The notes: generated by a model not told the origin, from the letters alone. Positions 48,875 through 58,659 are shown, numbered from the stretch's first letter. The stretch is DNA of 64,000 nt from a virus (IMGVR_UViG_3300026302_000005:32001-96000), one strand, 5' to 3'. Made by a program: numbers and translations.

Positions 48875-50857
48875 ATGACGAATAGAATAGTGGCAAAGCC
48901 ATCTGAGGGCCAGTCGTCTCGTCGCCGACGAAAGCTGACCGATTATGGTGGAAGCAACACATGGGATGGGTCTCGGGACAGTCTCAATGTGCTCCATCAG
49001 GTTTATCGCGGTCGTTTCGACAGATTTGAACGCTATCGGATGTATGAGTGGATGGATCAGGACTCGGATATTTCCCGAGCCCTGGACCTGATTGCCGAAC
49101 ACTCTTCGGAAAAAGACAACGACAACCGACACTTCATTCTTGACTGGTATACAGAAGAGCCGACCGCAGAACTATCAGCGGTGCTGAAAGCTCATATGGA
49201 TCAGTGGTCGAAGATCAACCGGTTGGACAAACACCTGTTCAAGACCATGCGGAACGTCCTGAAATACGGCGACTGGTTCATGTTCCGTAACCCACACACG
49301 TTTGAACTCTATGACATTCATCCGATGGACGTTCTTGGTGCCATCGTGGATCGCAACACCCTGGATATCCTGGGCTGGGTGATTCGAGATTTCCGCTGGA
49401 ACATCACCGATCTGGAGATCAACGTCGAGAGCCGGGAGATGCAGCAGCAGTTGAACAGCTTCAACGCTACCAACTCTTCGACCGGTAATTCTGGACAAGG
49501 AACCCGGGCCATCCCGGCGATCCACGTTCTGCACTTCTCACTGTCCGAAGGCAAGCTTGCATCCAATGGCATGTATGGGCAGTCGCAGTATTCCAACGCA
49601 TGGCCGTTCGGAAATTCCTGGCTGGAGAAGGCATTCAAGACGTTCAAGCAACGAGAGCTTCTCGAAGACGCGGCCCTGATCCACCGTGTTCAGCGGGCAC
49701 CGTCTCGTCACGTCTGGTATATCGACACCGGTAAGATGCGTCATGACCGGTCGAAGTTCGTCATTCAAAACTTCAAGAACGAACTCAATCAGAAGCGTAT
49801 CCCGCAGTTTGTGGGATCGAATACCCGTGGTGTAGATTCCGTCTACAACCCGATCAGTCAGCTTGAAGACATCTACATTCCCGTCAGTATGGACCAGCGT
49901 GGTTCAAAGGTCGAACAGCTTGAGGGGACACCGTGGTCGGATATGCCTGACCTGGATTACTTCAAGCAGAAGATGGCTGCGGCTTTGCGTGTTCCATATG
50001 CATGGCTTCTACCGGCTGGTGAGGGTGGCATCACCCCCAGTGATGGTCGAATGGGTCAGGCTACACAAGAAGAGATCGAGTTCTCTCGATTCTGTTCTCG
50101 TCTACACACCTATATGATCGAGACCTGGGATCATGAGTTCAAACTATACTCGCGTTGGCGAGATGTCAGTGCGAACTGGGCAGACTTCCAACTCATGTTC
50201 GTTCCCCCGACGGATTATCAAGCATCGAAAGAGCGGGCCCGTCTATCAGAAGCTACCAATGCGTTCAAGAACCTGGTGGATTTGCCATTCCTGTCCAAGC
50301 GGATGCTGATGAAGCTCGCTCTGGGTTGGACTGATGATCAGATTGCCATGAACGAAAAGATGGTGGACGAAGAGAACAACCGCAAAGAAGCCTCTGCCAG
50401 TATGGATGGTGGTTTCGGTGGTGGTATGGGTATGCCAATGGGCGATATGCCACCTGATCCAGGTCTACCAGTTGCTGACGGTGGGGTTCAGGCCCCGTCG
50501 GTAACCAGTGGTATGGACGCAGGGGCCTCCATGGGTAGTGCCGGTATGGGTGCAGGAGGAGGTGGCGCAATGGAGTCGTTCAAACCATTCAAGGGTAATC
50601 GACTGGTTGAGGATGATCTCGACCTACCGGGTCCGAAACTGGATATGACCGACCTGAGTCGTGTTCCGAACGATCCATCTGTTTTGGGTCGGGATCGCAT
50701 TGCGGGCAAACCTATTGCAACGCTGGAACTGATCCAGCGTATCCGCCATGCACAATTCTCGAAGCGGGTTGATTGGCAAAAGCGGTTGAAAATGCTCAAC
50801 CGTGTCTACGGTTCACCACAAGAAGACGCCGGTGGTATGGGTCTAGGCGGAATGTAA
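48875..50857 (+). CDS. Portal protein (T4 gp20-like) with C-terminal extension
   Basis: Y..MDQDSDISRALD, LEDAALIHRVQRAPSR.VWYIDTG, EDIYIP..RGSKVEQL.G, DLDYF..K..AALRVP, EIEFSRFC.RL. Confidence 0.93.
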   Translation: MTNRIVAKPSEGQSSRRRRKLTDYGGSNTWDGSRDSLNVLHQVYRGRFDRFERYRMYEWMDQDSDISRALDLIAEHSSEKDNDNRHFILDWYTEEPTAELSAVLKAHMDQWSKINRLDKHLFKTMRNVLKYGDWFMFRNPHTFELYDIHPMDVLGAIVDRNTLDILGWVIRDFRWNITDLEINVESREMQQQLNSFNATNSSTGNSGQGTRAIPAIHVLHFSLSEGKLASNGMYGQSQYSNAWPFGNSWLEKAFKTFKQRELLEDAALIHRVQRAPSRHVWYIDTGKMRHDRSKFVIQNFKNELNQKRIPQFVGSNTRGVDSVYNPISQLEDIYIPVSMDQRGSKVEQLEGTPWSDMPDLDYFKQKMAAALRVPYAWLLPAGEGGITPSDGRMGQATQEEIEFSRFCSRLHTYMIETWDHEFKLYSRWRDVSANWADFQLMFVPPTDYQASKERARLSEATNAFKNLVDLPFLSKRMLMKLALGWTDDQIAMNEKMVDEENNRKEASASMDGGFGGGMGMPMGDMPPDPGLPVADGGVQAPSVTSGMDAGASMGSAGMGAGGGGAMESFKPFKGNRLVEDDLDLPGPKLDMTDLSRVPNDPSVLGRDRIAGKPIATLELIQRIRHAQFSKRVDWQKRLKMLNRVYGSPQEDAGGMGLGGM

Positions 50858-50937
50858 GAGAAAAAGGCTGTTTTGGCACCATGCTGGGTGCCCGGTCTTA
50901 AATATAAATGTAACCCCAACTGTGAGGGAAATGAAAA

Positions 50938-51681
50938 ATGACCAAAACTGACAACTTCCGTGATGTCATCTCCAAGATGATCGAGGCGGTGACGCTGGAC
51001 GACAAAGGTAATCTCACCGTCGTCAACAAGACCGCAATGGCCGAAGCCGACGAGCTTCTGAACCAACTGGTAGTCGAGACGGCTCGCAACTGGTGGGCAC
51101 AGCTTGAGTCTGCCGAAGACTCCCTGGCCAACATGGCTGACGAAATCTCGTTTGCTGAACTGAACACCGATCCTTCCCACATGGCAACTCCGGCTATCAA
51201 GTCGCCGAAGCCGATGGCCGCTGCACCCGCGATGGAAGCAGCATTGGGCGGTCCTGAGTTTGATCTTCGTGGCATCTTCGAGATGGCCGAAGATGATGGC
51301 GACATGGGCCCCCAGGATGGTGACGATGGCTACGACGATCTGATGCGTGGCGATGATGAAGCCGGAATTGGTGACAGTGCTCCGACCGATGGTGAACTCG
51401 ATCTTGATGGCGGCGATGACCTCGATGCCATGGGCGACGACGGTATGGGCGACGACTTCGGTGCATCCGATGACGGGCTTGACGGCGGCGGTGATGGAGA
51501 GTTCGACTTCTCGTTCTTGGACGACCAGGGTGATGACTTCGGTGGCGATCAGGGCGACGGCGATCTAGGCGGTGATGACCTGGGTGGTGAATTCGGCGAT
51601 GACGACGGCATGGGTGATGACCTGGGCGGTGAATTCGGCGATGACGACCAGGGCGACGACCTTGGTGGCTTCCAGCAGTAA
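50938..51681 (+). CDS. Highly acidic prohead core-like protein
   Basis: Between portal and protease; C-terminal half is D/G low-complexity; TAAATA motif upstream. Confidence 0.7.
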   Translation: MTKTDNFRDVISKMIEAVTLDDKGNLTVVNKTAMAEADELLNQLVVETARNWWAQLESAEDSLANMADEISFAELNTDPSHMATPAIKSPKPMAAAPAMEAALGGPEFDLRGIFEMAEDDGDMGPQDGDDGYDDLMRGDDEAGIGDSAPTDGELDLDGGDDLDAMGDDGMGDDFGASDDGLDGGGDGEFDFSFLDDQGDDFGGDQGDGDLGGDDLGGEFGDDDGMGDDLGGEFGDDDQGDDLGGFQQ

Positions 51682-51690
51682 TCGGAACTG

Positions 51691-52374
51691 ATGATGGCTC
51701 AGCGTGTCGATCTCATTGAGGTTATCCTCCCCAACCAAAAGCCTCTGATTGCAGAACAGCAAGCAGAGGTTCTGGTTGAGGGTGCGGAAGCTCAGAAGTT
51801 CTACTATCTCACCGGATTGTTTCTTGAGGGTGAGACGCAGAACCAGAACGGGCGGGTATACCCCCGGGATGAGATTGCTGCTGCCGTGGACAAGCTGAAC
51901 CAGACGATTTCCAAGCGTGGTCCGATTCCGGGTGAACTCGATCACCCCGATGGTATGAACATCAACTTCGACCGACTGGCCGTGGCTATCACGGGTATGA
52001 GAATGGAAGGTAACAACGGCATCGGTAAGATGCGTGTGGTTCCTGCCGGTCTCGGGTTGATCATCGAAGGTGCGATCAAGGCCGGTATCCAGGTTGGTGT
52101 GTCCAGCCGGGGAACTGGAAACGTAGACTCGTCGGGCAGAGTCAGCGATTTCGACATTGTGACTGTTGACGCAGTGTTGAATCCGAGTGCCCCGAATGCA
52201 TACCCGACGGCATCGCTGGCCGAAAGCCTATCCCGTTATGGGGCTGGCACCGAAGCCATGACGTTGGCGGAATATGCAAAGTATGATCCACGGGCTAAAG
52301 CCCATCTGGAAAAGCAAATTGAAACCCTCTTCGTTCAACTGCGGGACGATGTAGTTTGGAGAACAAGAAAATGA
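51691..52374 (+). CDS. Prohead protease (T4 gp21-like, peptidase U9)
   Basis: NQNGRVYP, GELDHP, GVSSRGTG, TVDAVLNPSAPNAYP. Confidence 0.95.
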   Translation: MMAQRVDLIEVILPNQKPLIAEQQAEVLVEGAEAQKFYYLTGLFLEGETQNQNGRVYPRDEIAAAVDKLNQTISKRGPIPGELDHPDGMNINFDRLAVAITGMRMEGNNGIGKMRVVPAGLGLIIEGAIKAGIQVGVSSRGTGNVDSSGRVSDFDIVTVDAVLNPSAPNAYPTASLAESLSRYGAGTEAMTLAEYAKYDPRAKAHLEKQIETLFVQLRDDVVWRTRK

Positions 52375-53459
52375 GCAAAACCATCGAGGATATCCTCAAG
52401 GAGATGCCGCTGGATGATGCGGTGAAAGGTCGTCTCAAGGAAGCTTGGACCTCTGCACTGGCTGATGCCAAGGTTGCCCAAGAGGCCGAGGTTCAGGAAG
52501 CCGTGTCGAAGCAATACGACGCTGACCTGAACAAAATCCATGAAGCATTCAAAATCTACCTGGAACAGCGCCTGCAACCGCACGTCGCTGAACTGCAAGA
52601 GGGTGTCGCTGCTGTAGAAGGCATGAAGACCCGTTATGCACAGAAGACGGCCCAGATCAAAGAGGCTGCACAGAACTACGTGCGCAAGCGTCTTGGTGCC
52701 ATCGAGCAGGTGATCGAGAGCCGTATCCAGGCTGAGCTTTCTGAGCTTCACGAAGACGTGGTTGCAAACCGTCGTGCGGTTCTGCAAACCATCACCGAGA
52801 AGCGGGCCGAACTGGATGCCGAAAAGATCAAGTTCCGTGCCAAAGCGGCTGCGGTGCTGGAAAACATCATCAACGTGAAGGTTCCGAAGCAGCTTGAACC
52901 GCTGCGTGAGGATATCATGGCGGCTCGCCAGGATAACTTCGGTCGTGAAATCTTTGAAGCTTTCTCCACGATGTTCCGTCGTCAGTTCTTTGACACCAGT
53001 GCGGAATTCAAGAAGCTGGCTACAAAGACCAAGGCTTTGAGCGAAGAGGTCGCTGTTGTGAAGCAGCAGGCCGCGAAGTCGGTCAAAGAGAGCAAAGAGC
53101 AAGCTGCTGCTGCAACTGCTGCTTACTCGAAGCTGAAAGAGTCGGCAGTTCGTGCCACCACGATGTCCCGGCTTCTGAAACCCCTGACGGGTGCTGCTCG
53201 CGAACAGATGAGAACCCTGCTCGAAGCCACCAAGACGGAAAAACTGGATGCTACATTCCGGAAAGCTCTTCCGCAATTGGTTCGTGAGTCCAAGAAGGCT
53301 CCCGCACCTATGGCCAAGCCGAGCCAGCGGGTAGCAACCCCTTCACCGAAAGTGATGGAATTTCGTGGCGGATCGCCTGCCCAACTCACCGAATCGGAAT
53401 ACGATCCGTTCGATGACGAAGTAGCAAACATCCGTCGTTTGGCTGGAAACAAGAACTGA
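52371..53459 (+). CDS. Prohead scaffold/core protein (gp22-like)
   Basis: Coiled coil with FGREIFEAF and C-terminal IRRLAG; lies between protease and capsid genes; ATG at 52371. Confidence 0.85.
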   Translation: MSKTIEDILKEMPLDDAVKGRLKEAWTSALADAKVAQEAEVQEAVSKQYDADLNKIHEAFKIYLEQRLQPHVAELQEGVAAVEGMKTRYAQKTAQIKEAAQNYVRKRLGAIEQVIESRIQAELSELHEDVVANRRAVLQTITEKRAELDAEKIKFRAKAAAVLENIINVKVPKQLEPLREDIMAARQDNFGREIFEAFSTMFRRQFFDTSAEFKKLATKTKALSEEVAVVKQQAAKSVKESKEQAAAATAAYSKLKESAVRATTMSRLLKPLTGAAREQMRTLLEATKTEKLDATFRKALPQLVRESKKAPAPMAKPSQRVATPSPKVMEFRGGSPAQLTESEYDPFDDEVANIRRLAGNKN

Positions 53460-53504
53460 TTTGAAAAAAACAAGGGTCTAGCAGGGAATATCGAGACTAC
53501 TTCG

Positions 53505-53510
53505 TAAATA
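53505..53510 (+). promoter_or_regulatory. Late promoter motif TAAATA (representative of 14 copies noted)
   Basis: The same hexamer lies shortly upstream of structural and other late-type genes on both strands; similar to the T4 late promoter TATAAATA. Confidence 0.8.
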
Positions 53511-53549
53511 CCTGTGTAAAATGCTGACCCCCAATGGGAGATAACTACG

Positions 53550-54773
53550 ATGGCAAACATCATCAAACAGACTGCAAGTTCCAAGTGGGATCGCATCAAA
53601 GATGCTCTCAAAGAAGGACTTAACCAAAAGAGCGCCAAGCACCTGGATGCTGTTCTGGAGAACACCCGCAAGGATTTCGTGTCTCGCCAGAAGATGCTGA
53701 TGGAAAACGCTTCGGCCTCTGCCGTCTCGACCGGCAACATCGCCACGCTGAACAAGGTGATCCTTCCGATCATCCGTCGTGTTCTGCCGAACGTGATCGC
53801 CAACGAGATTGTCGGCGTTCAGCCGATGCCGGGTCCGATTGCTCAGATCATGACCATGCGCTACACCTACGGCTCGACCGTTCCTGGTGCTGGTGTCGTG
53901 GCCGGTGAAGAGATGCTCACCCCGCTGCACATCCGTGATCTGGCCGCTGCCTACTCGGGTAACGAACTCCAGTCCACCCCTGCTGGCGCATTGACTGCCC
54001 AGCTTGAAGGTGTGCCGGGTAACGCCGTGAAGCTCGAAATGCTCAAGCAGATCGTCGAAGCGAAGAGCCGTCGTCTCTCCGCCCGCTGGACTGTGGAAGC
54101 ACAAACCGACGCTCAGAACCAGTATGGTGTTGACGTCGAAGAAGAGCTTCTGGCTGCTGTGGCCCAGGAAATCACCGTCGAAATCGACCAGGAAATCCTA
54201 CGTTCGCTTCGTCAGCTTCCGGCTACCCCGACTGCTGCCAACACGTTTGACCAGTCCGCTGTTGCTGGTCAGCCGACCTCTGTGGTTGACGAATTCGCTG
54301 CACTCGCCGTGCTGATGAACCGTCAGGCCAACCTGATCGCCACCCGCACCCGTCGCGGCAAGGGCAACTGGGCTGTCATCAGCCCGACCGTCCTGACCGT
54401 TCTGGAATCGGCTCGTGCATCCGCGTTCGCCCGCACCACCGAAGGCAACTTCGAAGCCCCGACCAACAACAAGTTCGTCGGAACCCTGAACAACAGCATG
54501 AAGCTGTATGTTGACACCTATGCAGACGACGACACTCCGGTGCTGATCGGCTACAAGGGTGACAGCGAAATTGACGCCGCCACGTTCTACTGCCCTTACG
54601 TGCCGCTGACCACACACGGCGTTGTGACCGACCCGAACTCGTTCGAAATGGTCACCTCGTTCTACACCCGCTACGGGTATGTGGAATTCATCAACACCGC
54701 CACGTCGCTCGGCAACTCTGCCGACTACCTGGGCCTGGTGGGGATCAACGCAGGCACCCTGTCGTTCCTGTAA
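53550..54773 (+). CDS. Major capsid protein (T4 gp23-like)
   Basis: IIRRVLPNVIANEIVGVQPM.GP, VEAKSRRLSARWTVEA..D, EIDQEI, FYCPYVPL, TRYG. Confidence 0.97.
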   Translation: MANIIKQTASSKWDRIKDALKEGLNQKSAKHLDAVLENTRKDFVSRQKMLMENASASAVSTGNIATLNKVILPIIRRVLPNVIANEIVGVQPMPGPIAQIMTMRYTYGSTVPGAGVVAGEEMLTPLHIRDLAAAYSGNELQSTPAGALTAQLEGVPGNAVKLEMLKQIVEAKSRRLSARWTVEAQTDAQNQYGVDVEEELLAAVAQEITVEIDQEILRSLRQLPATPTAANTFDQSAVAGQPTSVVDEFAALAVLMNRQANLIATRTRRGKGNWAVISPTVLTVLESARASAFARTTEGNFEAPTNNKFVGTLNNSMKLYVDTYADDDTPVLIGYKGDSEIDAATFYCPYVPLTTHGVVTDPNSFEMVTSFYTRYGYVEFINTATSLGNSADYLGLVGINAGTLSFL

Positions 54774-54801
54774 GAACAAGAGCCAGGTCTACTGGCCGAG
54801 C

Positions 54802-54828
54802 AAAAGGGCCCCTCCGGGGGCCCTTTTT
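54802..54828 (+). terminator. Rho-independent terminator after the capsid gene
   Basis: AAAAGGGCCCC-TCCG-GGGGCCCTTTTT. Confidence 0.9.
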
Positions 54829-54880
54829 CATGCCGTTGTGGAACTGATTCCATAAATATGAGTATAGAGGAGACTAACAC

Positions 54881-55360
54881 ATGCGTGAAGAACTTGAACA
54901 GATTATGCGGAAGCAACTGGCATATGCCAAAATGCCCCGTGCCGAACTGTTGGCCGTCATCGATCAGAGGATCGCGGAAGCTGCTGAACTGACCCGGGCG
55001 GCTGGCGATCAGCAGGCTGAGGATATCCAACACATCGTGGCATTCGTGAAATCTCAACAGGACGATGATCAGGTTCGGGAAGTCAAGGCGGCTGTAGAAA
55101 CCGCCCAGGACGCCGCAGATCGAGCCGTGGGAGCCGCAGACAGGGCCGAGGATGTGTTGAAGCTGGTTGGTGCAGAAGCCCCCGCAGAAGCCCCGGTAGA
55201 GGCTCCTAAGGCTGAGACCAAAGAAGACGCCAAGGCTGAGACCAAAGAAGAGGAAAAAGTCGATCCATCCGCGATTGATGTCACCGACGGGGTTTCACCG
55301 GTTGAACTTGCTGCCGTAGTGGATGCCGTCAAAAAAGCACCACCTAAGCGGCCCAAGTGA
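54881..55360 (+). CDS. Hypothetical late protein (A/E/K-rich)
   Basis: TAAATA motif and GAGGAG SD; KAETKE repeated twice. Confidence 0.8.
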   Translation: MREELEQIMRKQLAYAKMPRAELLAVIDQRIAEAAELTRAAGDQQAEDIQHIVAFVKSQQDDDQVREVKAAVETAQDAADRAVGAADRAEDVLKLVGAEAPAEAPVEAPKAETKEDAKAETKEEEKVDPSAIDVTDGVSPVELAAVVDAVKKAPPKRPK

Positions 55361-55376
55361 TGAACATGAAAACGCA

Positions 55377-55400
55377 ATAGGGGGCCCGTAGGCCCCCTAT
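55377..55400. terminator. Hairpin between convergent genes (probable bidirectional terminator)
   Basis: ATAGGGGGCC-CGTA-GGCCCCCTAT. Confidence 0.75.
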
Positions 55401-56612
55401 TCAGTTGAACTCGGTTCCACCTTTCCGGAGTTTGTAATCCGGGCTTACAGCTTTCAACCGAACCGGACCCAGGATGTCGTCCCGACGTGGGATCATCGGG
55501 TAGATGACGATGCCCTCACGGACATGCGACCCACCCAGGGTGGTTTTCCCATCACGGTATTCCACCATCACATCCTGATCGAATGGACCCGTGTAGAGAA
55601 TCGGTGCCACATTCGATCCCATTGCTTTGGCATGCTCTGCCACTGCGTTGGGACCCACCCAGTCCATGATGTGATGAACTTCGACGCCGACCAGGAACAG
55701 TCGATATTCTTTGCCAGTCGCACCGTAATCGAGGTCTTGGACACCCTTGCCGTAGGTCTCGCCCAGGATGATCAGCCGTTCGTTATGATCGAGGTTCAGG
55801 CTTTCATACCAGGTCCAAAACTGATCGGTCAGAAGAGCTTTTAGCCCCTGGACGTAGAGGTTGTTGGCATTCTGCTCGTTGTCCTTGAACACCAGACCCT
55901 GTTTGCCCAGACCCTTGCTGAACACCACCACGTCACGGGAGCCCCACGGGGCCATGAAAGCATCCGGATGGTTCAGTCCGGGGATGATCTTGATCCCCGT
56001 GAAGGTGCCATGAAGCTTCTCCATGAACACCACGATTTCACCATCCCGAATCACATCCGGGTATTTCTCCCACGGCTCCAGGTCGAAGTTCGTTGCCGGT
56101 TCGCCCAGGTTGAACACTTCCCCGCCCATGTTGGTGGGAATTTCGGGTTCGTATTTGGTGATACCCAGCCGCTCGGCCACGTCTTCCCCGATGTCCACGA
56201 CCCATCCAAACGGAAGCATACCGAACTCAGGATGCTCCTGTTTGTCACCGTAGACGACCAGTTCGGTCACTTCACGCTCGGCATGCCATGTGGGTTCAAC
56301 CCGATACAGGATACCCTCGGAGAAGATACCACGAAGCTTGATCGCTTTGACCCGGTTCCCCTTGGTCCCAGCCAGGAAGCCGATACCTTTCTCTTCGTTC
56401 CACATGTCCTGCTTTCGCAGGAGCCATTCCGGTAGCACTGCGTTCTCGGGGATGTAAACGACTGCATCCCCCGGCTGATACCGCCACGAGCCATCCTCGT
56501 GTTTGTTCGCAATGCAGGTGTAACCGCCAATCCGGACGATGGTCAGTCGATCTGCATTCGGATGCTCTTGCACGTCGTCAATCGTGACGACCTTTACGTC
56601 AAAGTTAGCCAC
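55401..56612 (-). CDS. ATP-dependent RNA ligase, DRB0094-like (N-terminal OB domain)
   Basis: HPNADRL...VVYIPE..VLP...KLRGIFSEG; motif I MEKLHGT; GETYG.GVQ; REGIV; LKAVSPDY. Confidence 0.9.
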   Translation of the reverse strand: MANFDVKVVTIDDVQEHPNADRLTIVRIGGYTCIANKHEDGSWRYQPGDAVVYIPENAVLPEWLLRKQDMWNEEKGIGFLAGTKGNRVKAIKLRGIFSEGILYRVEPTWHAEREVTELVVYGDKQEHPEFGMLPFGWVVDIGEDVAERLGITKYEPEIPTNMGGEVFNLGEPATNFDLEPWEKYPDVIRDGEIVVFMEKLHGTFTGIKIIPGLNHPDAFMAPWGSRDVVVFSKGLGKQGLVFKDNEQNANNLYVQGLKALLTDQFWTWYESLNLDHNERLIILGETYGKGVQDLDYGATGKEYRLFLVGVEVHHIMDWVGPNAVAEHAKAMGSNVAPILYTGPFDQDVMVEYRDGKTTLGGSHVREGIVIYPMIPRRDDILGPVRLKAVSPDYKLRKGGTEFN

Positions 56613-57972
56613 GGTGCCTTCTCCCTCTCACATGTGTGGGTCCACTATCGGTTCCCATAGTAGCTGCAACTTCCAGCACCGGTGGATGAGATACATCCAT
56701 CGGAGTTGGGTTCGTGAAGAATCCCCGAATATCATCATCCGAGTAATAAAGCAACATGTATCTTGCCTGGGCAGGAGAGATCACACTGTATTGCTCTTCG
56801 GTCACCGCAGTGGTGCGATCCAGGAGTTTACACAGCCCCAGCCATTCCGGCCATGCCATGTTCTTGAACTCCAGGTGAACATCGAACCGCCCGGGCCGAA
56901 CCACGGCAGGATCAAGGCTGTCATATCGGTTGGTGGTTGCGATGGTGATAAGCCCGTGTGGGGAGAGCAGGCCATCCAAGGTGTTTAGAAGGTTCGACAT
57001 ACCATCACGAACGATAGCCTTCATGAAAGCCTCGGAACCACTCGTTTCACGTTCATCATCCTGTCGCTTTGCCACGGTGAGCCCACTCACATCGATATCC
57101 TCGATCACCAGGATAGTGGATTTCAAGTCCATCCCACCGGTGTGGATTTTGTCACCGGTGCTGAAACAGATGTTGCGCTTGTAGTGGGATGCCAGTGCAT
57201 GGATCAACGAGGTCTTGCCGGTGCCCGGAGGCCCGGAGAGGATGATACCCATATGGTAGGGCAGTCCTTTGCTGACATAGTATTCCTCGGACTCCATGAA
57301 CCGGTCCAGCTTTTCCAGGATATACGCCTTGTCTTCTTCCGGAATGATCACGGTATCCATACTGCGACGGGGTTTAGATGCAGTTCGCATCATGTCTCCG
57401 TCTTTGTCGATCTGATAGATCGCAACCAGGTCCTGGGTTTGCAGGCTACCGATAGTGAGTTCGAGGCTTTTCATCAGAGTATTGATTGCCGAGGTTCGAC
57501 CACCGATGATTTTGATCGTCACCGTCTCTTTGAACTTCGCCGATTGCGAGTCTTCGGTGGCACGGGTTATGATGACCGGCCACCAATCGATGAACCCAAT
57601 GCTGGTTCCGTATCCAATCGTGAGGATGAGCTTTTCGGTTTCCCAACTGTAGCTGATCGTGAAGAACCGTTGGAAAATCTTGGCCAGCGATTTGTCATAG
57701 AGATATTGGGTGATCTCGTGGTAGTAGTTGTTGTCCGAGTTGAAGGTGATTTCGGATGTTACTGCCATCTTGAGGTAGGTGATGAACATCCCGATGAAGC
57801 CCCGGAACATATACCATACCGCCAACAGAATAGCTGGAACCACGGTGGCGATCAGGAAATCGTTGTTGGCCAATTCCTCGGTCAGCCATTGCCCACCCTG
57901 GCTGGGAATACTCTTGATGATTTCCCAAATGGTGGGTATCAAGCTGGTATCGATGCTAATGATCTGGTCCAT
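56605..57972 (-). CDS. BCS1-like membrane-anchored AAA ATPase
   Basis: N-terminal TM segment; F..SEEYY...GLPYHMGIILSGPPGTGKTSLIHALA; LVIEDID; LLNTLDGL; TTN..LDPAVVRPGRFD. Confidence 0.85.
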   Translation of the reverse strand: MDQIISIDTSLIPTIWEIIKSIPSQGGQWLTEELANNDFLIATVVPAILLAVWYMFRGFIGMFITYLKMAVTSEITFNSDNNYYHEITQYLYDKSLAKIFQRFFTISYSWETEKLILTIGYGTSIGFIDWWPVIITRATEDSQSAKFKETVTIKIIGGRTSAINTLMKSLELTIGSLQTQDLVAIYQIDKDGDMMRTASKPRRSMDTVIIPEEDKAYILEKLDRFMESEEYYVSKGLPYHMGIILSGPPGTGKTSLIHALASHYKRNICFSTGDKIHTGGMDLKSTILVIEDIDVSGLTVAKRQDDERETSGSEAFMKAIVRDGMSNLLNTLDGLLSPHGLITIATTNRYDSLDPAVVRPGRFDVHLEFKNMAWPEWLGLCKLLDRTTAVTEEQYSVISPAQARYMLLYYSDDDIRGFFTNPTPMDVSHPPVLEVAATMGTDSGPTHVRGRRHRG

Positions 57973-58070
57973 CGACTATATCCTGAATTTACGGTGTTTC
58001 TCTATATGTCGCAGACCTAACGAGTTATGTCAACCCTTGTTTTGGTGTGAGGCTGGTCTAAATATGATTC

Positions 58071-58128
58071 GGGTGGGTTGCCGTAAGGGACCCGCCTCGT
58101 AACCTTGCTGTCATAGGAGGTAACATAC
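58071..58128 (+). promoter_or_regulatory. ROSE-like RNA thermometer leader of the hsp20 gene
   Basis: 5' hairpin GGGTGGGTT...GACCCGCCT, then ACCTTGCT-GTCAT-AGGAGGT, where the U(U/C)GCU motif pairs with the SD. Confidence 0.7.
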
Positions 58129-58653
58129 ATGACCAGCGCATTCGATCCGTTCCGTATGGGACGATACTTGGGGTTTGACCCCGTGTTCGAGCAACTCGAC
58201 CGGTTCCTGGAGACCGCAACTTCCAAGATCACTTTTCCGCCCTACAACCTGGCAAAGCTCTCCGAGCAGATGTTCCAACTGCAATTCGCGTTGGCCGGAT
58301 TCTCGAAAGACGAGATTCGGGTTCGTCAAGAGGGTGACTATCTTGTTGTTGAAGGTAGCATGAAGGATCGGAATACCGGCCCACAAATGCTTCACCAGGG
58401 TATTTCTGCCAAAGACTTCATGGTCAAGTTTCTGCTGGCCGAAGGTGTGATGGTGGATAAGGTCGAGTTCGACAACGGGCTATTGTCGATCCAGGTTCAG
58501 AAGCCGGTGTCCGGGAAGAAGGAGATAACCTTCAAGATTCAGACTCCGCTTCCCAGGGCTACACCAACCGAGGTTGCGATAACACGAAATTTTGCTGAGG
58601 AGCGAACCTCAGACATGATGGACGAACTTCGGGATCATCAAGCCAACAACTAA
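58129..58653 (+). CDS. Small heat-shock protein (Hsp20/IbpA-like)
   Basis: LGFD..F; FPPYNL; FALAGFSKDEI; LHQGIS..F...F.LAE; NGLLSI. Confidence 0.93.
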   Translation: MTSAFDPFRMGRYLGFDPVFEQLDRFLETATSKITFPPYNLAKLSEQMFQLQFALAGFSKDEIRVRQEGDYLVVEGSMKDRNTGPQMLHQGISAKDFMVKFLLAEGVMVDKVEFDNGLLSIQVQKPVSGKKEITFKIQTPLPRATPTEVAITRNFAEERTSDMMDELRDHQANN

Positions 58654-58659
58654 CGGTGC

